DNA of 64,000 nt from Dudresnaya verticillata (taxonomy: Eukaryota): NCBI GenBank assembly GCA_977862235.1, contig OZ374560.1:868001-932000 (forward strand). The letters run 5' to 3'. Shown one piece after another: positions 39,581-51,195 of this stretch. Position 1 is the first letter of the stretch. Each line of letters begins with the position of its first letter. A program made the position numbers and the translations under genes. The notes beneath the pieces are model-generated. The model was not told where the DNA came from, searched no databases, and was given only the letters and a program-made list of their open reading frames with translations.

Positions 39581-42500
39581 CTGACTGGTGTCCATCCGGG
39601 TTTGTCTTGTTGCGTCATGCTGCGTGTGTCTCTGTTTATTCCAGGCCGCGTCACGGAAGCTCAGCAAGGGACGGTTGATGCGATCGCTCAAATGCCAAAG
39701 TCGCCGCATTGTGCAGCATGCGCCCTGACGTACTCTGCATGACCAACCGCTTTTTCTATGTTTGCTCCCGGTGCGTGTTTGTGTTTTGTTCTTTGTTCTT
39801 TTGCCTCTATGTTTTGCCTGGAAAGTGCGCAGCGGGCGGAGCTGCAGAGCACTTTTTGTTTGGGTGATAGGGCGGGCGCTCTTTTGCAGCACACGGTCAC
39901 GAGACATGGTGAGGTGCGCGAGCACCGCACCACCTTTTTTGCGTGCGACATGGGGCAAGAGGCGGGGGGGGCCGGGAGAGGTGGTAAGTTTACTGCACGC
40001 GAAGAAAAAGCGTTGGAGCTTTATTTTGGGTTGCCCTGAGCCGCGCGCTCTTGTTGTATGTACGTACCATAACTCGATATCGTTACTATTTACTACCGAA
40101 AGACATCGTGAGGCACCTGACGACCGTGTACCTAGCCCCAACAGGGCGATTTTGGACGTGCATAAGCCTTCCAGGGAGAGGCACGTAAGGTTAATAGGTC
40201 TTCCAGGTATAAAGTCAACGCTAGGGTCAGTTTGGCAATGCTTAATTCTTGGCCATTATCGGGTGGGAATGAATGCATATTGCAGAGGGGACCAAGTTAC
40301 AGAACGGAGATGTGATTCAGCCGGGAGCTCAAGCAGCGTGTTCGGAGCTGAGAAGGTCGAGGAATGGCCCACAGCAAGACCTGTAGTGCTCGTCCTCGAT
40401 AGAGCAGATAACGTGCAAATTTGTATGGCCCGTAACGGCGGCCCCGGACCACATCCACAGTTTTGATATGCCGACTCGAGAAACATTCTAATTTGATGCA
40501 ATTTGGCGCCTTCCTGATAGGCAGTTCAACACCTCAGTAGCCTTTCCGCACCTCCAGCTGCCAATCCAATCTCCCAATCTCCCTCTGGCAAGTCGTTGTG
40601 CCCTCCTCTCCGCTCCCATTTGGAACGGCTGCAGCTCATCACAAGCCACAATTCTGTTGAGAGGTGAGTTGTAAGGCGTGGCCGCAGCCAAGCCTTCGCG
40701 GACAACGTTTGAATTCGTGCAGGTAGCGTTGCGACCATCTGGAGCACTAACACGTCGCGCCATCCACTCGCACGAGGCGCAAGCTGACTCGACTTGTTAC
40801 GCAGGAGACCTTTATCAAACCATGTTCGAGGGGCTCTACGACGCCCCAGGAACTAAAACGGGACGCGGACACAACGTCGATTGATAGCTAAAGCTCGATA
40901 TATCGAAGAAGATGCGAAACAAATTGGACCGTTGGAGCACTAGTTTCAACTTGTGTGAGATTGGCAGAACCGTCGTAAACTGCGAATACTCAAGTTTTGG
41001 AAACGACGTGCTTCCGGTGGGGACACATCAGTGGGAATACACCATCTGCCATGCTCCGTTTCAGAAACTATTAGAAACTGTACTCCCGGGTGCTTCGCTG
41101 CTTGCAACGCCGCTTGCAAGAACTTTTCTACCTTCGAAACCCGGAGAAAGGGTTTTCAGAGAAATTCATGTCCTGCCAGGGTTTCTAAAAGACAAGAGCA
41201 GGTCGTGTCTGCTGATGTCAACCGAGCTCCAAATTATGTTTAGACCAGTTCCAGGTTTGAAGATTAGATTGGATTCCTCCACAGCTCCATGCTCATCCGA
41301 TCAGTTCATCAACTGGGCGTGATCCGGAACAATCCCTTCAGTCAGCCACTGAGCACACTGAGCGCAGTGGCTGACGGAAGAAGATACGTACCCGGGGTAC
41401 GCAGGGCGTCTACCATCTTGTTTGGTGCTAAATTCTTCCGAACAGACCACCATCCTTAGGCCGGAGTGGAAGCATAAGAGCGTACTCTTAATCTAGCTTG
41501 TTGAGTGGCGACTTCAGAATTTTCAGCGAGTTTATGAAAGCGATAAAACTGCTTCTCCCGCTGGATATTCGTTAGTGACTGCCGGCTCCCCCCCTGGAGT
41601 TTTCTTGGAAACAGCTGAGCAGCACTGCTATACCGTACTGGAAAAAGAGCCGACGATGATCAGACCGTGTCTGTGGGATTGTGCTGATCCTTGGCTATTG
41701 TCCTGATCAGGAGACAATGAATGTAGGGCAGGAATGCAAGGAAGGGCATACCCCTACAGCGACATGGGAATGCCATTCTCTTCATTTACAGCTAGTGCCT
41801 GCAACCTCACTGGCAGTTGTTGACGGCTGCTGGGGTTAACATCAAGATCCGTACGGATTCGCCATCATAGGCGGGTAGACAGAAGAATTTGCAGCGAGAA
41901 GTAGCTTCCTTGGAAGCATGACAGAATACACACGGCACCTCGCGAACCTGGCCTCAGTGAGTTGAGTATTCAGGCTCCTTCTAAGGTGCGGTGTGTTGTT
42001 CTGTTTGCCAGCTAGCTCTCTCCCCTGGTTGTGCCCCTCGGAATGGCTCAAAAAGCGTTTTGCGAATCATCCTGCGCTACATTCGAAGCTAGAGAGTGTG
42101 CCTATTGGGTTGAATGAGACGCTGATCGATAGTAGAAATGTATTGAGGGATGGGAGGTGTTTCGCAAAGAGAGTGAAGTAGCTCCGGAACTTCTGCTGCG
42201 CTCCGGAAGGCGGGATCAATACCAGCTGAGTGGATGGTGAGCATACTCGTACTGCAGTATGAGCTGACCGGGCAATTGGGAGTGACCTGGCAGGGGCGTG
42301 CAACACGTTGTGAAATGCGGTCTTTATTATGTTTTATTATTGGCTTGTCGTAGAGAGACACAAAGGTGATGATGTACGGCGCTTGCAAATGCGCAATTGT
42401 TATGTGTCATTGGACGCATCGTGCCATCATGACGGCTGGAAGCTGATCATCCTGTATTATTCAGACCTCTATTCTACGGCCTAAGCTCTCAACACAGCGC

Positions 42501-43246
42501 ATGCATCCTTCTATTCAAATCGCAGCCATGATTGAAGGGTCAAAATAAGAGAAGAAATGTGCCATTCTGACTACTGTACGGCAGCGTACAGTTAATCGAT
42601 ATACGAAGGGCATTTGTTGAAACACTGAAGGTGATTTTCCGGTCTTGATCCATCCATACAAGCCGACTTTGATGGAGGTGCCCCAATCGCATTCTTGCAA
42701 AAGTGGTGACGACCGTATCGACCCTGAAAACATTACGTCAGTCATAAACGTCGATACGATCGCCTACTGGGCCAGGAACTCCAAAAAAGCGGACAGTCAT
42801 AAGGGTACAACTGTACGCGTCTGGAAGCCGAGACGCATACAGTATCCTACAGTAGTACTGCACACAAGACTGTACAGCCACTGGGTGCATGCGCAAGAAA
42901 ATCTCACAGAATCATCCTAATCGCTGCGCGGCATCCTCTACAGAGCAGTGCGTTCTACGCCAGCGCAATCCGCTTTGCTTCTACAGCTTGCCAGCGCTCT
43001 CGCCCGACCACCAGCCTTGCACGTTCGACCACTTCGACACCTTATTGCCCGAGCAGGCAGACAGTCGCTCCCCGCCAGAACGATCAACTGTCGTGGACAA
43101 ATTCAATTGACAAGTTTGTAGAAAGCTCATCACAAACTACAGCGTGTCGCGCCCAATCTCTGTACAAAAGCCCCCGTGCATTCCCAAACCCCTCGCCGCT
43201 GGAGCAGTCGCAAACCGTGCCTCCCCGACTTGTTCAAATCGCCGCC

Positions 43247-44497
43247 ATGCCCGCTCCCCGCCTCGCATTCATCACCCCTGCCCCACTGTCGGCCTACCGC
43301 CCAGCCACCACCTTCGCCCCACGACGCGCGGCAAACCCGGTCCCGCGTCATGGTACCCGACGCGCGCTCGGCCAGACCACGCTTTCTGCCGCCAGCCCCC
43401 AACCAGGGCCGCAACCGCTTTCTCTGAACAACCTCAAGCTACTGAAGGTTGACCAGCGGACAGGCAACCTGGACATGCTCTCAGCCGGAAACCCTGTGCA
43501 AATCGAGAGCGCGTATGCACCGCTACCAGACGGCAATGTTCCGTATTTACCAGTCTCCACTGACCGATCCGCAACTGCAATGGTATATGCGCCGCTCGGC
43601 TGGCTCAAGCAACCGCTCACTGGGCGCAAGGCTGTCATCTTTGCGCACGGTTTTTCACAGCGCCCGGTCAACTACTCAAAGTGGCTTCGCCGCCTGGCTG
43701 TAGCGGGATATATTGTTGCTGCCCCACGGACTTGGCTTTTAGATGTAGTTTGGCCCTGGGTGAACGTTGAGACAGTGGGGCGTGTCAAACGACCAGAGGA
43801 AAAGCTGCAGACCGCCGTCTTGATTGATATCGCACGGACATTGCAGCTGCTTCGGGATGCCGGGGCAACCGAGTTTCATCTGGCAGGGCATTCCATGGGG
43901 GGTGCAATGGCACTTGCATATCTCGGTAAGACACCAGCTTCGACCTTCCATTCAGCCTTTCTATGTGCACCTGCGGTTGGCATTGCCGTCCTGACGCAGC
44001 TCAATCAGAGCGTCGCTCTCTTTCACAAGGGTGGTCCTGGCGACAAAAGCGGCGAGGAAAGGATGCGAGATATGGCTGCACAGATGGCGCCTATCGATAT
44101 CATATCATTGCGCACAAAGAACGATAGCATTGTCCATCAGTCGACAATACAGAACATGTTCGACTGCCTGAAGGACAAGAAAGGGCTTACGGGCTATGGC
44201 GAGCTAGCGCAGGGCACGCATGTGGGGTACGAAAATTCTTTGTATGTCGACCTTGGAACACTGGGCTTACTCCTGGGGCAATGGGGAGATTGGATCATGG
44301 TCCTGTTCTGGTTGATCGATTTGATTGTATATGGCCCTTGCGATGTTTTCAGCTTGGATTCAAAGGAACAGCTAGAGTCGACCGAGGAGCTGTGCCTCAC
44401 CTGGATGGCCAGTGTCGGAGCACAAGATCCCGCCAAGGCAATAGAACAGGTTGTGACGCCTATCGATGTAGACTATCAGTGGGAAGGCAACCCGTAG
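43247..44497 (+). CDS. Alpha/beta hydrolase, chlorophyllase-like, probable plastid transit peptide
   Basis: MPAPRLAFI transit-like start; VIFAHGF...YSKWLRRLAVAGYIVAAP; nucleophile elbow AGHSMGG; candidate Asp (KNDSIV) and His (GTHVGY). Confidence 0.8.
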   Translation: MPAPRLAFITPAPLSAYRPATTFAPRRAANPVPRHGTRRALGQTTLSAASPQPGPQPLSLNNLKLLKVDQRTGNLDMLSAGNPVQIESAYAPLPDGNVPYLPVSTDRSATAMVYAPLGWLKQPLTGRKAVIFAHGFSQRPVNYSKWLRRLAVAGYIVAAPRTWLLDVVWPWVNVETVGRVKRPEEKLQTAVLIDIARTLQLLRDAGATEFHLAGHSMGGAMALAYLGKTPASTFHSAFLCAPAVGIAVLTQLNQSVALFHKGGPGDKSGEERMRDMAAQMAPIDIISLRTKNDSIVHQSTIQNMFDCLKDKKGLTGYGELAQGTHVGYENSLYVDLGTLGLLLGQWGDWIMVLFWLIDLIVYGPCDVFSLDSKEQLESTEELCLTWMASVGAQDPAKAIEQVVTPIDVDYQWEGNP

Positions 44498-46073
44498 CGA
44501 ACCGATAGTGCGCGAAAGGCTCTCGTTGCTACACGCAGTTTCAAAGATCGAGCACGGTTTCAATACTTATAGCATACACTACGAGAATTTTCGAGTTGCA
44601 ACTCCGTTGAGATCTGCTTGGTAGAAGTAATTGCAGTGGACGCGAGTTCCGACATGTTCTGTAAAGTGTCGGACTACACAAGGGGTAGCCAACCTTTACC
44701 CCGCAGCTGCCCAGCTCCCCAACAGACTAGCGCTGCATCCAAGCACGGACATGGCACCGCCTTCCAAGATAACAAGCTACGATAGCCAGCTGAGGCCAGC
44801 TCTCACGGGCGCTCGCGCAGATTCAACCAAAAACCGAAATAGGCCACACTTTTAGGTATGCGCAACTCAGTCCGCGGACGGACAACGTGACCGGATAATA
44901 TTCGCAAGAACCGTTGGGAACAGCATCGGCGAACGAATGTGGGGTCTCTGCGTACGCATCCTGCAGTCATAAAGATTGTTGCAAAACCGAAACGACTGCA
45001 CATCAGCTCAGGCAGTCTCCCTCCCCAGGAGGACACGACACGGACCGCAACAGTAGGCGTCGAATTTTGATGGTGCTCAACGCGGAACCATCGTAGTTCA
45101 TGAATCTGTCGGCCAGCACCGCCGGCCCCAACACTCTGCCTGGATATTCAATCACAGTGCGTTTGAACCTGCTCAGTGCACCGGCTCGCCATGCTCTAGG
45201 CAGCATTTTCGTTATGTACTCGGGTGGGGCGTCTGAGGAGTCTCGTTGCGTTTCGACAGTTTTGTTGAGCAGCGAAGGCCAGGTCAGAAACGTTCAAGCC
45301 ATGTCAGTGGACGGTACTTGTAAGTCGCTCTAATGTCGATGTCGTGTATTGCAACTGTGGGCTTTGGCTTCCCTGACGCGAGCTGCATGGCCGCACGACG
45401 GGGCGGGAGAGGATGACGAGTCGTGTGCGTGGGTGGACAGCCCCTCGCGCCGCAGCCGCAGTGCAGCAGCGGGCAGACAGGGTAGGTAGGAGTGGAGTTC
45501 GCACCCAAGGTACGCAAAGAGCCCTTATTAGGCAAGTAGAATAGGAGAACGGCAGGCGGGGCGACGGTCCTGGCTGTAGCGGGAAGGTGGCGGCGGTCGA
45601 GCTGACCGGGCGGTGGAGGACAGCGGCGATGCTCCAGAGAAGCAAAAGAGGCAACGTTGTATGCCACCAGAGCACCAATGGCTGGGCGGGTTCGAACGGT
45701 CGTGAGGCGCCAAGTGTCAGCTGGTGCACCGAGCGTATTCTCCGTGGGGCGCGTGTTGCATTCCAATTGGCACAGGAACCGTCACAGAAATGGCGCGAAG
45801 AAGGCTCCGGTGCGGGGACAGGCTGGAGGCGTTGTGCGGCGCATGATTGGTGAGAGGCCCGGCGCGGACACCGGCCGCATCCGACGCAACCATTTTATCA
45901 ACGCCGCCTCCGCCGCCGCCGTCACTTCAGTAGTCCCTCCCAAGGAGCGCGCGGGCCACACCAAACAGCCCATCCATCCCCCTGCCCCCTGCCCTCTGCC
46001 CCCTGCCCCCTGCTCCCCCCCTCCTTCTCCCCTCCCCTTCGCTCGCACCCGGTCTGCTCGTGAGCCACCCACC

Positions 46074-48060
46074 ATGCCGCCGAAGAACAAGAGCAAGAAG
46101 TTCCTTGCCGCGCAGCGCAAACGCGAGGAGGCCAAGGCCGCGAAGGCCGGGCCGGAGGCCGTCGCTGCGCTCAAGAAGAAGCATGCCGCCGAGGCCGCGA
46201 AGGCCGCAACTGGTGGGAAGGGCCGCGTCCGGGGAAAGACGCTTGACGACACCGCGTCGACCGTCACGGCTTCGTCGAAGACCTCTGCCGCCGCCGAGCT
46301 TGGCGACTCGGCTGTCACCGACACCAGTACCACTGCGACTGGTATTCTTATGTCTGTGTATGGTGCGAGGGACATTAAGATTGGCGCTTTCTCGCTAAAC
46401 TTCCACAACAAGGTGCTTATCGAAGATACCATGATTGAGCTCACCGTGGGACGTCGCTACGGCCTCATCGGCCAGAATGGTTGCGGGAAGAGTACCTTTT
46501 TGAAGGTTCTTGCCGAGCGCCAGGTACCTATTCCGGACTATATTGATATTCATTTGCTTGCGGAGGAGGCGCAGCCGAGCGATGACACCGCGCTGGAGTA
46601 CGTCATCAACTCTGCGAAGATGGAAGTCGCTCGGTTGGAGTCCCAGGCTGACGATATCTTGACCGAGGAGGGACCGGAAAGCTTGGTCCTGCAGGATATC
46701 TATGAGCGTCTTGATGAGCTTGACCCAGCGACATTTGAGAGCAGGGCCAGTACCATCCTGTGTGGTCTTGGCTTCAACTCGCAGACTATTCAAAAGCAGA
46801 CGAAGGACATGAGCGGTGGCTGGCGGATGCGCGTTGCTCTAGCGAAGGCACTGTTCATTCAACCCAGCATGCTCTTGTTGGATGAACCGACCAACCATTT
46901 GGACCTTTCCGCTTGTGTGTGGTTGGAAGAGTACCTGTCGAGGTACAATAAGATTCTAATCGTTGTCTCCCATTCGCAGGACTTTTTGGATGGTGTCTGC
47001 ACTGATACTATGGTGATGCAGCAGCAGACACTCAAGTACTGGGGAGGTAACTATAGCGTTTACGTCCGGACGAGGTCAGAGCAGGATACAAACCAGCTCA
47101 AGCTTTACAAGAAACAACAGGAGGAGATTCGTCACATCAAGCAGTTTATTGCATCATGCGGTACTTGTAAGTTGGCGAGACGAATGCGAAGTTTTGTGCG
47201 TTGCGGTTTGTGGGACATGCTCCGTACTGACTTTCTTAACTCTTGTTTCCTTGCGGGTTGTTATAGATGCCAACTTGGTGCGTCAGGCGAAGTCACGGCA
47301 GAAGCAGCTTGATAGGATGGTTGAGGCCGGCCTTTTGGAGCCGCCATATGCCGAGCCGCAGTTCAAGTTCAACTTTCTTGGCTGCGGAACACTCGCCCCT
47401 CCGTTGATCAGCTTTACTGATGTTGCGTTTTCATATTCCGGCAAGAAGGAGGACTACCTCTACTCGAATCTCAGTTTTGGTATTGATGGCGAATCGCGAG
47501 TATCACTCGTTGGACCCAACGGCGCTGGGAAAAGTACCTTGCTGAACCTCATGGTGCATGAGCTTACCCCAACTGAAGGGTCTGTATCGCACAAATCAGG
47601 CCTGCGAATTGGACGTTACCACCAGCACTCCGCTGATCAGCTTGACTTCAACCTGTCCCCAGTGGAATACATTCGATCAAAGTATCCGAAACTGCACGAG
47701 ACCCTACAAGGGTACAGAGCAGAGGTTGGTCGGTTTGGTATTACTGGCGAGGCGCAGCTGAGCCCGATCGGTCATCTCAGTGACGGTCTAAAGTCTCGGC
47801 TCGTCTTCGCCGAGATTGCAATCCGCAAGCCTCACATTCTTCTGCTTGACGAGCCGACGAATGCTCTTGACTGTACCGGTATTGACGCTCTCGCGGAAGC
47901 GATTAACGCCTTTGAAGGTGGCGTTGTCTTGGTTTCGCATGACTTCAGATTACTGAGCCAGGTTGCGCGAGAAATTTGGGTTGTTGAGAATGGTGTGAAG
48001 ATTTGGCGAGGGGATATCCTTTCGTACAAGGAAAGTCTGAAGAAGGGGATGAAATTCTAG
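46074..48060 (+). CDS. ABCF2: ABC-F family ATPase, eukaryotic ABCF2/ARB1-like, 2 exons
   Basis: ATG 46074; intron 47167-47266 (GT-AG) restores FIASCGTYANLVRQAKSRQK. Motifs GQNGCGKST, MSGGW, LLLDEPTNHLD, GPNGAGKST, LSDG, VSHDFRL. Confidence 0.92.
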
Positions 48061-48986
48061 GAATGCAGAGGTTATTTTGCCTACTTCTGTGCTAGGACCT
48101 CAAATCATCGGCTCGAACATACCAGTCGCATGTGTTTTGTACCGTATTGCGTCGTTCTGACTTCATCAAGACGTACATTTGCTTACCTTAAAAGAAACTT
48201 ACGCGTTCGCTTCTTTGGAACCACTGACGAAGGACAGTAACTGAACAGATGTTGACATCAGCCCGACCGACTTCAACGCTGTATTTGCCATGAACGATAG
48301 TCGATACCCTACTCGAGGCAGCGCGGTGTCGGAGGAATCGGAAATAGAGTTCAAGTCGCCCAGGTAACTTGGAGGTGCGACCGAAGGGGTTTCAAAGCTT
48401 GAGAGTGAAGCAGAATGATGAGCCACCCGCCCTAATTAGATCCCCGTGCGCCTTTATTGCAGAAACATGTGTACATCTTTATATTACACAAGATCGGGAG
48501 TACAACGCTGGATAGGGCGAATTTAGATAAACGAGCAGGGTAAATGGATCGTTGCGCAGAGGGATGTACTACATCGTGCAGGTCTCGATGAACCTGGCAA
48601 AAAAAAATGGGCGGAAGGGTGGTGGAAGCTTGTCTTTTTTTTTCTGGAAGAGCAAGAGTTCACAACACTTGCTCTGAGAAGAAGCAACCGGAAAGAATCA
48701 ACAAGTTTTGAGGAGAGAATTGAGACTATTGACAGATAGGGTCGATGTGTGTACATACCCCCTGGAGCTGTATAGATGCCGCTCTTCTTCTTTGCTCGAA
48801 GATGAGCAGGCTTAAAATGGCAATCAGATTCTTCGACCTGATATGTGCGCATTGAGTTCTATTGCAACATCGCAAAACGCCTTGTGTGGTCGCAACAGCG
48901 ATGGAGACGGCGGGCCGCTGCCCGCCCATCATGATGATCAAGATTGCAGACATCGCTGCAAATGCGTGACATTGGGGAGTTGCTGT

Positions 48987-50154
48987 TCATCCGCTGCGGG
49001 TCCTCTTGGCGCCGGTGCGAGTCCCTTTTGCTGCTGCTGCGGACTTTGCCGCACCGGTGTTCTTCTTTGCCTTGTTCTTATGCTCCTGGGCAACGTAAAG
49101 TAACTTGTCGAGATTTCGTAATGCTTCCTCTTGACTTTTTATCGATTGGTGCAAGTTGGCGAACTCCTGTTCGGACAAGTCTGAATATGCCTTGAGACGA
49201 GCTTCACCACCGCCGACGAATTCCGACAGATCAAGATGCAACCCTTCCAAGACTTCTGTCGAAACAAAATCCGATACAGAGGAAGACGGTCTGCCTCGCC
49301 GTCTAGGCCTCGAATCTTCCATAAGCGCAGAGGCGGCTTTCTTGGTGGCATCGCTAATACAAGAGAGCTCCTGCTGTAGAACCAACAAGCGATCATTGAT
49401 GGGCTTGAGGACGGCTCTTGCAGACGCTAGCGCAGCATCAACAGCAATGGCGGTAACGGCCTTAGTGGAGAGCTTCTCCACGCCGTCGTCGTCCTTTGGC
49501 TTCGCAATGATTCCCCTCGTGACAGCCTCAATATCATTACCTATGCGCACGGCGGCAGCAGACCGAGTGATGCGCTCCGGCGTGGCAATGGAGGCATTCG
49601 CGGCTGTTGGCGGGGCGGGAGAAGCGGTATCGGGGAGCTTTCTCCGCCGCTTGGCGCCCACGACTGCGGCGGGCTTTGGGGTATCGCTCTCTGGTTCGAC
49701 ACCTGCGAGCGGGCGCTTCTGGCCTGCGGCGGCGGCGGCGCGGGTGCGACGCTGGGCGCGGACCGGTGTGGAGACCGGGGAGGCGACGGCGTCGATGCGA
49801 CGCGCGGCGCGGGTGGCACGGGCCTTTGCCTGGACCAGCGAGTGCTTGGCCGGCGGGGCGGCCTGGTCGGCGGCGAGGGCCTCCGAGCGGCGTGAACGAA
49901 CGACGGGGGCGGCGGCAGGCTTGGAGGCCATGGCAGTGGCCGCGGTGCGGTCTGCGGCGAGGGCCTCGGCGCGGGCAGATCGCCTCGGTGAGGGCTGCTG
50001 CAGGTGCTCTGAGGCGGGCGTGGGCGGGTGCTTTGGGCGCGGCGGCGGCGTGGGCGACGGCGGGCGCGGTGCGGGCGGGAGAGACGACGACGCGGTGGAC
50101 TTGCGGAAGGCGCGGCCGGACTGGCGTGGGCGCGGCGCACCGGGAGGTGCCGGT

Positions 50155-50236
<82 letters not shown>

Positions 50237-50360
50237 GCGGGGCGGCGGTGTCGTCGAGTTGGTCGCGGTCGTCGGCGGGCGGGGAGGCCGGGGCGGGCGC
50301 GGCAGGCGCGGGCTCGGGCGCGGGCTCGGACGCAGGCTCCGGCGCGGGGGTGGGGGCGGA

Positions 50361-50392
<32 letters not shown>

Positions 50393-50585
50393 GATGCGGT
50401 TCTGGTGGGGCGGGGCGGAAGACGTTGGTGATGCGGTTGACGGGCCAGGATGAGCCGTCCTCGAGCAGGACCTCGAACTCGTCGGGTGGGTCGACGACGG
50501 TGACGATGCCGGGGTAGAATTGGTCGTAGCCTGCGAACCAGAGCTCGACACGGTCGCCATGCGCGGGGAGGGTGTCTGTGGACAT
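48987..50585 (-). CDS. 532-aa protein: N-terminal Tudor-like domain, Pro/Ala-rich basic disordered region, C-terminal coiled coil
   Basis: HGDRVELWFAGYDQFYPGIVTVVDPPDEFEVLLEDG; AT-hook-like PRRRGRP; NLS-like AKRRRK; heptads LKPINDRLLVLQQEL...LHQSIKSQEEALRNLDKLL. Confidence 0.8.
50155..50232. repeat. Coding hexanucleotide repeat (GCGGGC)13 encoding (Ala-Pro)n
   Basis: Read directly from the sequence. Confidence 0.9.
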
Positions 50586-51195
50586 TGCGGGATGGCGTTG
50601 AGTACGGGATGGCGGTGGGCGCGGGATGGCGGTGGAGCGCTTAGCGTGCGAGCGTCGGGCGGTGCGTGGGACGGTCGGAGGGGGGCGTGAGGCGTGGGCG
50701 CCGGGGTTTTTGCGCGCGCAAAGAGGCGGCGCGGTAGTTTTGAATCGCGCGTTCGAATGGAGCGGCGGAAAGCGCGCGCCGCCCTTTCAACCACCGATCT
50801 CCGCGATCGGCCCGGCTTACACAACGCTGGCTTACACAGTTGAGCGGGGCCGCCGCGCGGGCGCCCAACGGGCGCGCCTCACTTGGCGCCGGCTCCGAAA
50901 CATTGTAATTTGGCGGGCCGAAAAAAGCAGAGGGCTGCGAATGGGCGCAATGTAGGGGGCCGCCCAGTTATGATAAGGGTGCTAAACATTAAAGGAAAAA
51001 CAAACATTTAATTAATGTTTTGTCGCCCAAAGCACTGCGCGCGCCGTGGCCGGACATGCCCCACTCACGTTTCCTCTGAGGGCTATTTTATCGGCCATGT
51101 TCGTAGCCCACCCTAAAACCGCTACCGTAAATTGAACCGCTTTCGTGAATATTTTTTTGAGAGAAACACACCCCACCCACAACCAGAGGTATGTA

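Noticed and set aside
10078..50517. Long ORFs antisense to real genes (e.g. 10078-11292, 20512-21540, 25698-27047, 36473-38167, 49156-50517)
   Set aside because: Shadow frames produced by high GC3 on the coding strand; no independent protein features
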